A DNA stretch of 64,000 nt from Camelus dromedarius (Eukaryota). The DNA is taken from the NCBI RefSeq assembly GCF_036321535.1, contig NC_087449.1, positions 46,624,001 to 46,688,000 on the forward strand, written 5' to 3'. Shown here in pieces: positions 21,779 through 34,216 of this stretch. Position 1 is the stretch's first letter; every line of letters starts with the position of its first letter. The notes beneath the pieces were generated by a model. It was given only the letters and a program-made list of their open reading frames with translations, was not told the DNA's origin and did no database searches. The translations under genes and the position numbers were made by a program.

Positions 21779-24700
21779 ATAAATCTGTTCTTTGTTGGGG
21801 GGGTTAGGAGTTCTATTTTGGATGACCAATAGGAAGTTGGATGCGTGACTCTAACTCATGGGAGTTAGAGTGGTTAGGTCTGAACATATAAATGTGAGAG
21901 CCATCAGTTTATAGATGATTTTATAGATGGTTCTGATCACAGAGGGGAAATGTATATAGAGGAGAAAAGAGGGTGGAGAACTGGGCCCTGGAGCATCCTG
22001 CACTTAGAGGTCAGCAAGAGGAAGAAGAATCAATGGAGACCCAAAAAGACTCATCAGTGAGAGAGGAGGAAGCCAGGAAAGGGTACTGCCTGGAAGCCAA
22101 GGGAAGATGGTGTTTAAGGAGGGAGCTCTCAATGGCCAGATGTTGCTGAGGGAGTAAGATGAGGATGAAGGACTGACCATTGGATTTGGGAATTTGTTGG
22201 CCATTCATGACCTTGACAAAGGGCAGCCCTGACTGGAATGGTTAAAGTGTGACGAAGTGGAGATACCAAGTGTAGACAATTTTCAAAGGATTTTGATTTT
22301 TTTGTAAACAGGATAGTAGCTGGAGAAGGATGTGGTATCAAGAGGGAATTTAGAAAAAGAGAGAGAGGGGAACATTATTGGATGTTTACAGAAAGGGAAT
22401 TGCAAGAACAGGGGGACATAGTCTAGAGTAGGTGAGAGGTGATGGGGTCCAGTGCCCTAGTACAGGGTGTACCAGGAGCAGGAACACGCTTCATCCACGT
22501 TGCAGGGGAGAAGGCAGAGTGAAGGGGCACTCATGCCAGGAGGTCTGCAGACTTGGTGGTGGGGGGTAAGTTAGTGTTTGCCTGCTGCTTCTATGCACAG
22601 TGGCATACGATGCCTGGCTATCAGCTAGAATGGGGATTAGGAAAATGGGGACTGGAGGTTTGGGGAAAGAGGAGAAGGTATGATATTGTCCTCTTAGAGA
22701 ATAGGGTTAAAGTTTTAGGAAAATGTAGAATTTCTTAGAGATGCAGAGTGCCTACTTGAGCTTTGTGGCCAGAATTTTCAAGTGAAACCAGCCAGGCCAG
22801 CTCTATTATTCCCCAGGTGTTCTGGAACAGGTGCCACATGGAGAGCTGGGTTTAATTGGAGGTAGGATCCTGCCTGGTGGCTGCCTAGAGAAGCACAGAA
22901 AGGCAAGGGAATGGAAGATAACTAGGAGTCGGCGATGATCTGGTGGCCCCTGGAGTCTAAGCTGGGGAAGGAGGGGAGGGAGGATGTGAAGAGGGTGACA
23001 GACATTGACATAGTGGTGGGTCAATAGAAGGGGCAGAAGGATTGCTGGAGTGGGAATGAGAGACAGTGAACTACACAGATAGGCGCTGGTGCAGCTCTTG
23101 GTACAGACGAGGTCTAGGGTGTGAGCACGCAGCAGGGTGGAGGAAAAGATTGTTGGACACGAGGAAATCCAGAAACGGAGAGGTCAAGGTGTTGGGTGTA
23201 AAGTTACCAAGAGCGATAATAAGCATCTTGGCAGTGAGAAAGACAGCGAGCCAGAGGCTGAGAGGGCATGCGAATGGAATGGGATAACCAGGGTTTCTTA
23301 TCTGTATCTCCAAGTCAGCATGTCTGAAACTGAAGTTATCAGTGCTTCCCTCAAACCTGCTCCTCCACTCAGTTAAACGGCCCCGCCACCCAGAAACCTG
23401 TGTGTCTCTGATTCCTCTCACTGCTTGATCCCCACACCCAACCAAATCACCCCATCATTTTGACTCTGTCTTGTAAGCATTTCTGAAATCTAGCTACTTC
23501 TTTCTATCTCCACCGTGTACGCCCTACTTTAGGCCACTATTGTTTCTTACTTGGCCTGTTGCCTCAGGCTCTAAACAGCCCTGCCTCGGCCCCCTCCCCA
23601 CATTGTGACCAGACACTGTAAATTAGATCATGTCACTTCTGGTCGAAGCCTCTCCAGTGACTTTTCATTGTCCTTAGGGTAAAGTTCAGAACCATTAACA
23701 GAGTTCTCGAGGAAGCACTGCACCACCCAGCCCCTGCCTGCTTCAGCCTGGCTTCCACCCTCCTGGGTCCCTTCCAGTCCTTGCATTAGGTTTGGTCTCC
23801 CTCTCAGGCCTTTCATGTGCTCCTTCCTCTGCCTGGAATCCCCTCCCCTCTTTCTCTAGGTGTCAGCTTCAGAAGTCCCAGGGAACCTTTCCCTGGGTGC
23901 CTGCGTGTTAGCTCCCCCGCGCCTGCCAGCAGTAACCCCCGCCTCCCCAGCACCCCATGAGTTCAGTAGCTGTCCATTCATAGCATGTGGCTCCATGTAC
24001 GAGGTCAGGGACTGTGCCTGATTCTTCCCAGATGAATCCGCAGCACCTGGCACGGGGCTTGTCATCTAAAAGTGAACCATTTGTTAATGTGAATTGAATG
24101 GAAGATTCTAGAGGTGGAGCAGTTCTGGGTGAAGACAAGGTCCAGGGTGTGGTCCTGTGAGTGGGTAGCTAAATGGAGGAGGAGGCCACAGGAGACGAGG
24201 ATGGCAGGGAGTAAAGAGGACAGAGTGACACACAGGTGGTCCCTGAGGCTCTGGGCCATGAGAGAAGACCAGAAAGACCGAGAGTCACGTGCTCAAGTCT
24301 TTAATGAATGAGGAGAAGCAGGTGGAGCAGTGGGGGTGGGCAGAGGGCGGAAGAGAAAGATGCAGGCACCTCAGCTAAGGGAATAGTTTTCAAGAAGGTG
24401 GTGGAAGGTCAGAGGGTGGTGGTCTCAGGCTGGTCAGATGTGCTTTTGGTCTCTACCTGGCTCAGTGGCTCAGGACTGGAGACCTCTTGGACCACCACCC
24501 ATGGAGAGGGCATGGGAGTAGTCAAGGTCTGGGATGCTCTGGCCATTTGTTGGACCCAGCAGCAGCCCCTGGACTGGGGAATCTGGAATCTCAGAGGGAG
24601 TTGACTAGGGCTGGTCTGCTGGGCTGCATGTGGGGGCTACCTTGGTTTGAGCAATGCGGGGCCATCTGGTTCAGAACTGGTTGAGAGGACCATCCTCTGG

Positions 24701-25348
24701 TCTGGATTGGCGGTGGGGGCTGCCTTGTTTCCTGGGAAGTTCAGTGGATGGTTTTGGTGCCCTGCCTGTACCTCCTTTTCTGGGGGACACACACTCATGG
24801 CTTATAGCTGCCCCTGGAGAATTGACCCTGACTGAGTGGGAGCCGCCTACCCCTCCTACCAGCCCTCCTGCCCTTGGGGCGGCCTGAAACCAATGACTGA
24901 TTGCTACAGGAGTTCCAAAGCCTGATGCCCTTTCCTCCAAGGGGGACAGCTCTGTGGTGGGATTTATGATTCAGAGGCTGCTTACCCCACCCGTGGGGAT
25001 CAGGCCATGGCTGAGTTTCCCTGAACTCATTCGCTGCTCAGCTCGGCCCACTCCCCACCCTGCTTCCCTTGTTCCTTCCTTCACAGGCACACAAATTCCT
25101 GCCACTGGCTCTGCTCAGGGGAACCCTGGCCTAAGAAGGGGTGAGTCTCTGGTCTTGTCCCATAATCAGGGGTGGGCATGGAGGCTCTCCTTGAACCATG
25201 GGGCACACAGCCTCAGCAGATTCAACCCCTCCCTGTGGGCCGGGAAGTTCCCCTCCCTTCTCTAGGCCAAAGTTTCCTCACCCATAAAAGAAACCTTTAG
25301 TCTGGACTTAGTGAAAACAACATCAAAACACACAAACAAGAAATCACT

Positions 25349-25410
25349 ACGCTGAACTCCTGCTAGGTGTGGTGGAAGACGCTGAACTCCTGGGCTAGGT
25401 GTGGTGGAAG
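25349..25410. repeat. Tandem duplication, 30 + 32 bp
   Basis: acgctgaactcctgctaggtgtggtggaag followed by acgctgaactcctgggctaggtgtggtggaag. Confidence 0.95.
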
Positions 25411-26872
25411 ATTCAGATTCAGATCAACCAGACACAGTCCCTCCTGTCAGGCAGCTCAGAGTCCGTTTACTCATTTCACAAACATTTATTGAAGGCAACT
25501 GAGGACCTGGATGACTCAGCATCCCGTGCGTGAAGGGCTCATAGACTGGTGGGGAGAACAGACCACTCCAATCTGGGAAGAAGGGCAGAGGCACAGGCGA
25601 GGCTGGCGCAGGGAGAAGGCAGTTAAGGCTGTCCCTGGGGTTCAAGGAAGGGTCCCAAAGGAGGGAGGGAGGGCATTTCGGGCAGAGAGAACAGCATGTC
25701 TGAAGGCTTGAGGCAGGACCTAGTGTGATGTGTCTGGTTGGGGAGCCACAAGCCCTTTGGTATTATTGGTGGTACAAGGAGGGAGGAGGCAGGGGGTGTG
25801 GCTGGGAACGTCAGTGGGGTTGGATGGAGGGCAATGGTGATGACAGTGGCGGTGAGGGGATTTTCAAAGCAGGAGGAATGACATGATCAGATTTGTATCT
25901 AGAAAAAACACTGTCCCTGTAGTGGAGGGCAGATGGGAGAGGCCCAGTGGGAGGGTGTGGGGTGGGAGAGGAGGGGCAGACTCGGGAAACATTTAGGGGT
26001 TGAAAATAGTGGGATTTGGTGCTGCAGTGGGATGTAAGGCATGAGGGGCTAGGAGCTGGGGAGGGGACAAGGATGTCAGGCCAGCTCCTGGCTTGGATGC
26101 CTGAGTGGATGGTAGTGTTATTCATGGGGTGGGGAGTGGTGATCTTTGGGGAGGGCAGGTTTGAGGAAAGATGACACAGTCAGTTTGGGGGTTGCAGAGT
26201 GGGAGATGTCTGGGGGTCTCCCAGAAAGCTGTCCCATGAGCTGTTGGTATGGGGCTCTGGGACCAGAGGCAGGTCCAGGCTGGAGCTGTGGGTTTGGAAG
26301 TTGTCAAGTGAGTGGTGAGGGAGGATGAGAGGAGGTAAGGAGGAGGTAAGTTGCTCAAACTTGAGGATCTATGAGGGATCATTTAGCTTGGATGCTCTCA
26401 GTGGGTTCCTGGCCTGTGGGGATGTGCCTCCTAGACACGCTGGCAGACTCTGCATCCAAGACTTGCTCTTGGCACCATCTCACCCACCTAGAGGACTCAC
26501 CTCTGGGGACCTGTGCTGGGCAGGGTTAGGGGGGCCGGAATGTGGAGCCACATGCACTCATCTGAGGGACACTCGCTGAGAACCGACTCATGCTAGGCAC
26601 AGGGGCTCCGAGGGTACCTTCCCTCCTGCCTTGGTTGTAGAGTCCAGAGACCCCTGGAGCAGCCTCTGGGCTTCCCAGCACATCCTGGGGGCACATTCTG
26701 TGGGTGGTGTGTGTGGGGTGAGTGTGTGTGTGTGATGGGTAAACCTGCACCTGAGGTTCCAGGGTTCAAATGCCCACTGAGTCTTGACCTCCTCTCCAAA
26801 GTCCATCATGAATCTCCCTGCTTTCCTACCCATCACTCCTCCCCTGGTATGCAAAGTACAAAGAAAATCATA

Positions 26873-26878
26873 TTTATT
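26873..26878 (-). terminator. GJB4: GJB4 polyadenylation signal AATAAA (candidate)
   Basis: First minus-strand AATAAA about 240 nt after the stop, followed by U-rich sequence (tatgattttctttgtactttg). Confidence 0.7.
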
Positions 26879-27115
26879 AAGGGTTTTGACACACCCTAAT
26901 GCCATATACAAAATCCCTGCCAGCCATCAACCTCCCCTTCCCAGGGCTCAGGACCCAGAGACCGAACTGCCTCCCAGCATTGGCCCCTGTGAGGGCTTCC
27001 TGAGCTCCACACCCACCTTCCTCACCTGCCCTGCTGCAGAAATGATGCCACTGCCCCGCTGTGGTCTTAGGGAGCAGGCCCAGGCTCTGGTGGTCTTAGC
27101 CGCCGACCTCACCAG

Positions 27116-27916
27116 TTACGGGTACCCACCTGCATCTATCATGGTGGACCTGACCTTCATGAGGACAGAGTTCCCATCCTGGGGGTGCTCTCCCTGGGAA
27201 AGGGCATATGGTGGGCACGTATCAGGCAGGTGAGCCCGGCACCGGGACCGCCGGCGCCTGGGGCCGAGGGTCTTCAGGCACCTCTTGCCCACCAGGTAGG
27301 TGACCTCACTGAGGTTGAGTAGGATGCAGATAACAGCTGTGGCCACCATGAAGTAGGTGAAGACCTTCTTCTCTGTGGGTCGGGAGATGTAGCAGTCCAC
27401 GGTGTGGGGGCATGGCGCCTCGGAGCAGGCCACCACGCGGGGCATGTCATAGTCCTGGTAGAGGCGGTGGAAGATGTAGAGGAAGCCGGAGTCGACGGCA
27501 GCCTTGAAGATGAGGCTCAGCAGGTATGTCCACCAGAGCCCGCCCCGCTTCTTGTTGGGGTTGTCATACAGGGACGGGGCATCGGGCCCATGTTTCCGGC
27601 GGTGCTTCCGCTCACGCTCATGGCGGTAGGCCACATGCATGACCACGAGCAGCGAGGGGCATGTGACCAGGATGAGCTGTAGGGCCCAGAGGCGCACGTG
27701 GGACACGGGGAAGAACTCATCGTAGCAGACGTTGGGGCAGCCTGGCTGCTTGGTGTTGCAGACAAAGTCCTTCTGCTCATCGTCCCACACCTCCTCGGCC
27801 GCCACCACGTACACCAGCACACGGAAGATGAAGACCACGGACAGCCAGATGCGACCCAGTGCCGTGGAGTACTTGTTGACCCCGCTCAGGATGCCCTGCA
27901 GGAACGCCCAGTTCAT
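27116..27916 (-). CDS. GJB4: Gap junction beta-4 protein (connexin 30.3), 266 aa, single coding exon
   Basis: [21 protein letters not shown]...DAGGYP. Connexin cysteine pattern; C-terminal [11 protein letters not shown]...DAGGYP typical of Cx30.3; lies between GJB5 and GJB3. Confidence 0.98.
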   Translation of the reverse strand: MNWAFLQGILSGVNKYSTALGRIWLSVVFIFRVLVYVVAAEEVWDDEQKDFVCNTKQPGCPNVCYDEFFPVSHVRLWALQLILVTCPSLLVVMHVAYRHERERKHRRKHGPDAPSLYDNPNKKRGGLWWTYLLSLIFKAAVDSGFLYIFHRLYQDYDMPRVVACSEAPCPHTVDCYISRPTEKKVFTYFMVATAVICILLNLSEVTYLVGKRCLKTLGPRRRRSRCRAHLPDTCPPYALSQGEHPQDGNSVLMKVRSTMIDAGGYP

Positions 27917-28003
27917 GCTGGTTGTGGCCTTGGCTCTTCACGTGCGTGTTCTAGGCCTGTGCGCACCTGTGCGGGTCCTGGGGGCCACGAGGCCTCAGGG
28001 AAC

Positions 28004-28030
28004 CTGGAAATGGGTGCCTTTAATTAAAGG
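28004..28030 (-). other. GJB4: GJB4 intron 1 splice acceptor (exon 2 starts at 28003)
   Basis: Minus strand ttaattaaaggcacccatttccAG|GTT; 87 nt of ATG-free 5'UTR precede the start codon. Confidence 0.65.
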
Positions 28031-29340
28031 TGTGATAGGCAAAGCCATTTCACAACCACTGTCATCATGTCCTCACTCGCAATGACTCGGTGGGGTAGGG
28101 ACTACCATCCTCTCTGATTCACGGGGGAGTAAGCTAAGGCCCAGACAGGCACCCGCCCACGGCCCATGAGCTGGACTTGAACTTTCATCTTCTAGTTCCA
28201 CAATCTGGGCATATTTTATTCTACAAGGTAATAGATAAACGTGAAGGATAATCATCCTGCATGGGTGTGCGGCTGATCTCATCGACCCCAACCTTCAGCC
28301 CTGCGGGTCACACAGAGTCTGAAGAAACAGTAACAAAGTGCGGGTTGGATCCAGGGACGGACCACGCAGGAGGTGGGGATGTGTATCTTTTTCCCTCAAC
28401 TTCCTCCAACTTTTATTGAGCCAGGCCCTGTACCTTGTGGAGTATTATGCACCCTCATTCTTCTCTCTGGCTCCAGGATGTCCCTCACCCTGACGTTCCC
28501 TTCCAAATGAAACAGGTTCTTTGGAACGACGGTGGCTTGGTATCATCCTCCCACCTCCTGCGTTGGTGCCAGGCCTGAGGGCTGCCTGTCCTGACCACAG
28601 TAGGTTCCTCTGGAATTCCAACCATTCCAGCCTTAAGGAGGGACTTGGGAACAGACAGAGGCAAGATTCTGGCACAGTCCTCCCCCCACCATTTACCTTT
28701 TCTTTCCGGGACCCTCCAACCCCCTTATGTCTTTGCTCAGTGGCTGTTCGCTGCCCACATCAGCTCTCGTTTCATTCAGGCCGTGTCCTGCCTGCACCAT
28801 CCTCCACACCCCTTATCTGGAGTGCCATCTTGTTCCATCTGTGGCCCCGGCCCCTCCCCTGTCCCTGACTCAGATCTCAGCATCCTCAGACCTTGTGCCT
28901 CTGGCACATTTTCTGAGCACCCTTCTCCATCTTTCCTGGCAGAGTGCCTCACCGGTACACAAATGGTCTGTTTACCAGTTTTCGGTACCAGGCTGTCAGC
29001 TTCTGGAGGGCAGCCTCTATACCTCATTCGTCTCTGATTCCCCAGGACTCAGCACCAAGCCTGGCCCCATGAACACGCAGTAGATGTTTGCCGAACCTGC
29101 TGGAAACACCACTTCTTCCTGACCCTTCCTCTTCCTTATCTCCTCTCTAGACTTCTGTCCTTCCTTTGGTCTGGCAGGACATCCCTTCCCCTCCTTGGGG
29201 CTTCCCTGGGTTTCCCCAGAGATCCTGTGTCCCCTCTGCTCCTCCCTGAAGCCGGGCCCACAGCCTGAGGTCCCCTGGGGGTCCTCAGCCCATCTGATCC
29301 CTGCCTCCCAGCCCAGTCTCCTGCCCGACGTGGCCCTCAC

Positions 29341-29625
29341 CTTTCTTGAGTCTAGCAGCCACTCTCCTGTCTGTGGGCTAGTCTGTCTGCCCGTCTGCCC
29401 CAGGGCCTCCTGCAGGCAGCTTTTGTTCCTTACTCCCCTACTGGGTGGGGCTTGCTGAGCCAATGAGCCAAGCGAGAGTGCCCGGGTGGGCAGGCAGGCT
29501 GGTGGGCGGACTTCCCGGGCACGCGTTCAGGGTAAACACCTGTGGCTCTTCTCCCCTGGCCCACGCCTTCTCTGCAGTTTGGTCAGGCATGGCTGGGTCT
29601 GGCTCCCTGCGCTGGAAGATATATG
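29341..29625 (-). promoter_or_regulatory. GJB4: Predicted GJB4 promoter and non-coding exon 1
   Basis: Donor AAG|GTGAGG (exon ends 29341); TATA-like CATATAT at 29619-29625; small CpG/GC-box cluster at 29480-29530. A weaker donor GA|GTAAGG lies at 29433. Confidence 0.55.
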
Positions 29626-30686
29626 GGTGAAACTGCCGTGAATGGGGGCAGGAGCCTGGTATCCTGGTGCTCAGGCCCAGATCAGCACCAAATGGCATTG
29701 TCCCCTCTTTGACTGCCTTAATACCCCGACCCTGTCCCCCTTTCCCCAGTCCTCTCTCCTGCCCTTTTCCTCTGGAAGCCTGGTTCTGAGGCCCTTAGCG
29801 GCTGACATCTCTGGAAAGGGGCAATCTCAGTTTAGTCCAGGATTGCATCCCACCCTGGCAGGGACATTTCTGGGGCCTAGAGCTTGGGTTGCTGGTGAGT
29901 TGAGTAGGGGATGGGAGGGGCCAGCTGTGGTTCCTCTGAACAAGGGCACCGCTGCCCTGGTGGAGAGCAGGAATGCAGGGCGCAGCATGAAATTCTCCAG
30001 CTGGCAAAGGGCCAGGTGCAGCTTCCCTGTCCATCCCCTCTGGGCCTGGGTTTCTGTGGAGGTCGGAGTGTGACCCAGTGGGGGCTGCAGAGAGGCCTTG
30101 GGCCTGCGTCCTGGTGGCTGGGACAGTGAAGGTTAATGCACAGCCAGGGAGGGGCTCCTCTGCCTCATTCCCCACAAGCATTTATAGAGCACTTCCTAAT
30201 ACCAGTGGTTAACATTTATGTGGCCCTTTACAGCTGGGTAACCCCATCCAGCCGTGAGCTCATCCAGCCTTACAACCACCCCACAGGCGTGGCTATTAAC
30301 CCATTTTGGAGCGAAGCTGATCACTTTCCCAGATCCCAGTGGAACTTGGGTTCAAGTGCAAGTGTTATGACTCAAAAGTCCATTAACTTTCCACTGTGAC
30401 ATGCGGCTCCCCACATACCAAGCTCCATTCTCTTTGCAGACCACCCACGGGCTTAAAATTGCAACTGGGGATAAAGGCTAGACTTGAGCATGAAAAGCAG
30501 CATGGCCCCCCGACCCTCACCCCACAGGAGTGCTGGGGCACCCTCTCCTGGGGGAGGGAATGGCCTCTCATGTGGCTGGATCAAGTTCAGCTCTTTGCAG
30601 GGGCAGAGATGTTGGCCCAATGACCTGATAAGGATAGAAAAGGGCGAAGGATCGAAGGGCACGTTGAATCAGTGAATGCGCTGACT

Positions 30687-30692
30687 TTTATT
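30687..30692 (-). terminator. GJB5: GJB5 polyadenylation signal AATAAA
   Basis: Minus-strand AATAAA about 320 nt after the stop, with pyrimidine/U-rich downstream sequence. Confidence 0.75.
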
Positions 30693-31012
30693 AAGCCCTG
30701 ACTGTGGGCCCCACACACCGAAGGCATGTTATTCTCTCTTATTAAACCCCTCTTCACTGCGACAACCCTGGGAGGTGGGCCTTCTCATCTCTGTTTCACA
30801 CAAAAGGAAACTGAGGTTCAGCTCTGAGGGGTACCTTGTCCAAGCACCCAGCTGGGCTGTGGCAGGAGCTGGGGAATAGGGACTTGACCCCAGGTCATCT
30901 GTCCCTCCCTCTTGCCTGCCCCCCACCCCTCACAGCTTAGCACCCCCACCCCCAAGGCTGCATCTCTGAGAGGTGCCGGGTCCTTCCAACCCAGACGGGA
31001 CCAGGCAGCCCC

Positions 31013-31834
31013 TCACACATTGGTTTTCTTCACGTAGTCTTGAGGGTGGTCCAGTAAGAGAGGAGGGGGAGTGTCGGAGCCCAGAAAGATGAGGTCTCCA
31101 GAGAGGAGGTCGTCTGGTTTGCAGGAAGAGGCGGCCCAGTCCCGGTGGCGGCCCACATGCCTGGCCCGGGCTCTCCTGGCCACCAGGCACTCACGGCACC
31201 TCTTGCTTACCAGGTAGGCCAGCTCCACCAGGTTGAGCAGGATGCAGATGGCAGCCGTGATTACCATGAAGAGAGTGAAGATGTTTTTCTCCGTGGGCTT
31301 GGAGATGAAGCAGTCCACCGTGTTGGGACACGGAGCCGCGTGGCACTTGACCACCCGAGGGAGGGTGTATTTGGGGTAGAACAAATGGAACACGTAGAGG
31401 AAGGCGGCATCCACACCAGCCTTGAACACCAGGCTGAAGACGTACGTCCACCAGAGCCCACCCCTCTTCTTTCCGGGGTTTAGGTAGAGGCGCCCACCGT
31501 CCTTCCCCGCCGCCTCTTGGTGCTTCTTCTCCCGAGCCTCGCGGTAGGCCACGTGCATGACCACGAGCAGCGAGGGGCACGTGACCAGGATGAGCTGCAG
31601 GGCCCAGAGGCGCACGTGGGTCACGGGGAAGAACTCGTCAAAGCAGACATTGGAGCAGCCTGGCTGGCGGGTGTCACAGTTGAAGTCTTTGTGGTCGTCG
31701 CTCCACACGCGCTCGGCGGTCACCAGGTACACCAGCACACGGAAGATGAAGACCAGGGACAGCCAGACGCGCCCGAAGGCGGTGGCGTACTTGTTGACTC
31801 CGCTCAGGAGCCCCTCGAAGATCCCCCAGTTCAT
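31013..31834 (-). CDS. GJB5: Gap junction beta-5 protein (connexin 31.1), 273 aa, single coding exon
   Basis: [19 protein letters not shown]...VWSDDHKDF...LIFLGSD...VKKTNV; perfect Kozak gccaccATG; expected position in the cluster. Confidence 0.98.
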   Translation of the reverse strand: MNWGIFEGLLSGVNKYATAFGRVWLSLVFIFRVLVYLVTAERVWSDDHKDFNCDTRQPGCSNVCFDEFFPVTHVRLWALQLILVTCPSLLVVMHVAYREAREKKHQEAAGKDGGRLYLNPGKKRGGLWWTYVFSLVFKAGVDAAFLYVFHLFYPKYTLPRVVKCHAAPCPNTVDCFISKPTEKNIFTLFMVITAAICILLNLVELAYLVSKRCRECLVARRARARHVGRHRDWAASSCKPDDLLSGDLIFLGSDTPPPLLLDHPQDYVKKTNV

Positions 31835-31858
31835 GGTGGCCCCAGGCGTCGGCTGCTA

Positions 31859-31880
31859 CTGCGGGGAGATGATAATGCTA
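31859..31880 (-). other. GJB5: GJB5 intron 1 splice acceptor (tandem CAG TAG CAG)
   Basis: Minus strand tatcatctccccgcAG|TAGCAGCCGACGCCTGGGGCCACCATG; 24 nt before the ATG. Confidence 0.75.
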
Positions 31881-33027
31881 ATTTCCAACATTTATGGAAT
31901 GCTCACTCTCAGCGCTTTATAGGACTATGTCATTGTGTTTGAGCCTCACAGCCACGGCGGAGTTAGGCTCTATCATTGTCCCCCTTGTACAGATGAAGGA
32001 AACTGAGGCTGAGAGGGGTCAGATGGGGTTACGCTACTATTAGCTACAGAGCTGAGACTGGAGCACAGGTAATTAAGCCTAGTACTCAACTCTTACCCAT
32101 AAAAGTGGGTGAAGGCGGGTCCAGGGAGCCACCTGCTCCTCCCAGGGCCTCAGCTCCAGTCTTATGGTCCCACACAGTGAAGGCTTAAGGAGGTGAGACA
32201 TCCTGCCTTCATCCCTCTGTTCCAACCCCAGCCCTCTCCTCTGGGGGCCGAGCCCAAGGATGACTTCTTTCCTTTCTGAGCACTGCTGTCTCCCCTCAGA
32301 CAGCCTCTTTCCAAGGGGAATCTGCTCTTTGACTTGGCTTGGGGGCTTGGGTTAGAGAAGAGGCTGGAACCTTGTCCCAAAACTCCCATCTGGTCTAACA
32401 CTCCATAAATATCCAGGCAGTGTCCTGCTCAGGTGCCCCTCACTTGAAGCAAGGTCAGTGGCAATCCAACTGAAATACAGGGTAGGGCACAATGATTCTC
32501 TTTATCCTGCAGGCTTCCTGGAGTTGCCTGGTGTTCCCGAGTTTCCCAAACTGCTGTTCCCTGGAGCCCTGCTCAGTAGGCTGGTCACAGAAGCAGTAAG
32601 AGAAAAGGATTCTGTGTTCAAAATGGTAGGCAAGCACTGTGTTCAGCAAAGTTAAACAGGTCCCTTTACTTGACCATACTAGTAAGTTCACATTATGAAT
32701 CTCCAAAAAGGGGTCAGAATATGTAGCATCTGCACAAACTCCTTCGACCATAGACCCTCCCTTTTCTGGCCATCTTGAGGAACAGACACCAAAGTCGGAA
32801 TTGCTGGCTCTGGTTAGTTCTGCCGTTCGGTTTGGCCTGATGAACATACAAGAATCAGATTTACCTCCAATTAGAGAAAGTGACTACTGTTCAGAGTGAA
32901 GGGTGCCTCAGTTCCTCACTTGGAATTCCTCTGCCTGGTGGAGAGACCCACAAATTGTGGCCTCACCTTACCGGCTCCCCCTGCCTGCCTGACCCCGGAG
33001 ACCTCAGGGAGTTGGTTTACACAGGCT

Positions 33028-33125
33028 CTTTTTTTTTTTTTAAACTGAAATATAGTCAGTTACAGTGTGTCAATCTCTGGTGTACAGCATAATGTCCCAG
33101 TCATGCGTATATATGCATATATTGC
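33028..33125 (-). mobile_element. Short L1 3' tail in the GJB5 intron
   Basis: poly-T then aactgaaatatagtcagtttacagtgtgtcaatctctggtgtacagc. Confidence 0.75.
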
Positions 33126-34032
33126 ACAGTCTGTTGCTCTAAGGGGTTCCTGATGTCCCTCCAGGACTGGTCCAGGCTGAAGGTCATCACGCTGTCCTGA
33201 CCCCCTGCACCATCCGCTTCGGATAAGCAAGGTAGTGACAAAAGCCAACATTTACTGGGTGTTTAGGCAGTGTCGGCACTGTTCTGAGCACTTTGCATGA
33301 ACCAACATAGCAACTGTATAAAAGAGTAGATGGTTTATCCCCAATTTACAAATGAGAAAAGTGGAGCACAGAGAGGTTAATTAATTTGCTCGCAGTTACA
33401 CAGCTGGTAAGTGGCAGAGCTGGGATTTGAAGGCTGGCTGGCTCCAGGGCCCACACTCTGGGCCTGGGCCCTTTCCTGAGGTTGCAGGAAGTCTTCTGCC
33501 TGTCTGATCTGTGCCCACTCCTTCCTCCACCAGGTGGATCCCCAGTGAGGGAGGCTGGGGGTGACTCTGTTCCCCACCCCGTCTCTCCACCTTCCTGTCT
33601 ACTTACCCCTTGAATGTGGGGCCCCTGCTCTGAATCATCAGCTTGTAATTGCTCAGTCCTGCCTAAGGTGGGTGGAACTCCTGGCAGTTCCTCACGGAAT
33701 ACCAAGGAGGCTCCAGCCCAGGGGCTCTCTGCCCAGCCCAATCTGGGGCAGGGCAGGGCAGGGTGGGGTTTGGCAGGCCCAGGCAGAGCAGATCTGCCTC
33801 CTCAGCTCCTGGCCCCTCTGTGAGCCCCTCTCCCACTCAGTCCCTGGCTCCCACCTCTGCTCAGCTGGGGAGAGAGGGGGAAAACCGAGAGCAGAGGAGG
33901 GCGGAGCCCTTCATTCCTCCACTATCAGGACACGGGATGTGTCCAGGCTACTCCCCAGACTCTCCGCCAGAGAAATCTGCCTCTTCCAGGTATGCTGAGG
34001 GGCAGGGCACATCTGGGCACAGATGGCCTTAC

Positions 34033-34216
34033 CTGAGTGGCTACTCCTCCTGGCCGCTGGTGGTCGAACTCAGCAGGCAGCCGGAACTCATGTCAGAACC
34101 AGGAAGAGTGTTTAGGGAAGCCTGTTTCTAGGGACAGAGATTGCAGATTTCGGCAGGCAGCCTGGGTGTGCCGTCGGCCCTGGATGGGGAGGAGTTGCAT
34201 GGGGCCCTGCCATTGG
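34033..34216 (-). promoter_or_regulatory. GJB5: Predicted GJB5 non-coding exon 1 and promoter
   Basis: Strong donor CAG|GTAAGG (exon ends 34033, intron 2174 nt); CCAAT box on the minus strand at 34212-34216; modest CpG enrichment. Confidence 0.7.

Larger units (their letters stand above)
17620..24620 (-). mobile_element. Mosaic of L2 fragments forming most of the GJB3-GJB4 spacer, including endonuclease-domain fossils
   Basis: Antisense L2 text throughout; translated remnants ATHSQDHTLDLVFTQNCSTSRI and LGNF...FLDFLVSNNLFLHP. Boundaries approximate; some pieces lie on the + strand. Confidence 0.65.

Noticed and set aside
29438-29590. 50-aa uORF in the predicted GJB4 exon 1
   Set aside because: Its ATG sits at or beyond the predicted TSS, so inclusion and initiation are doubtful.
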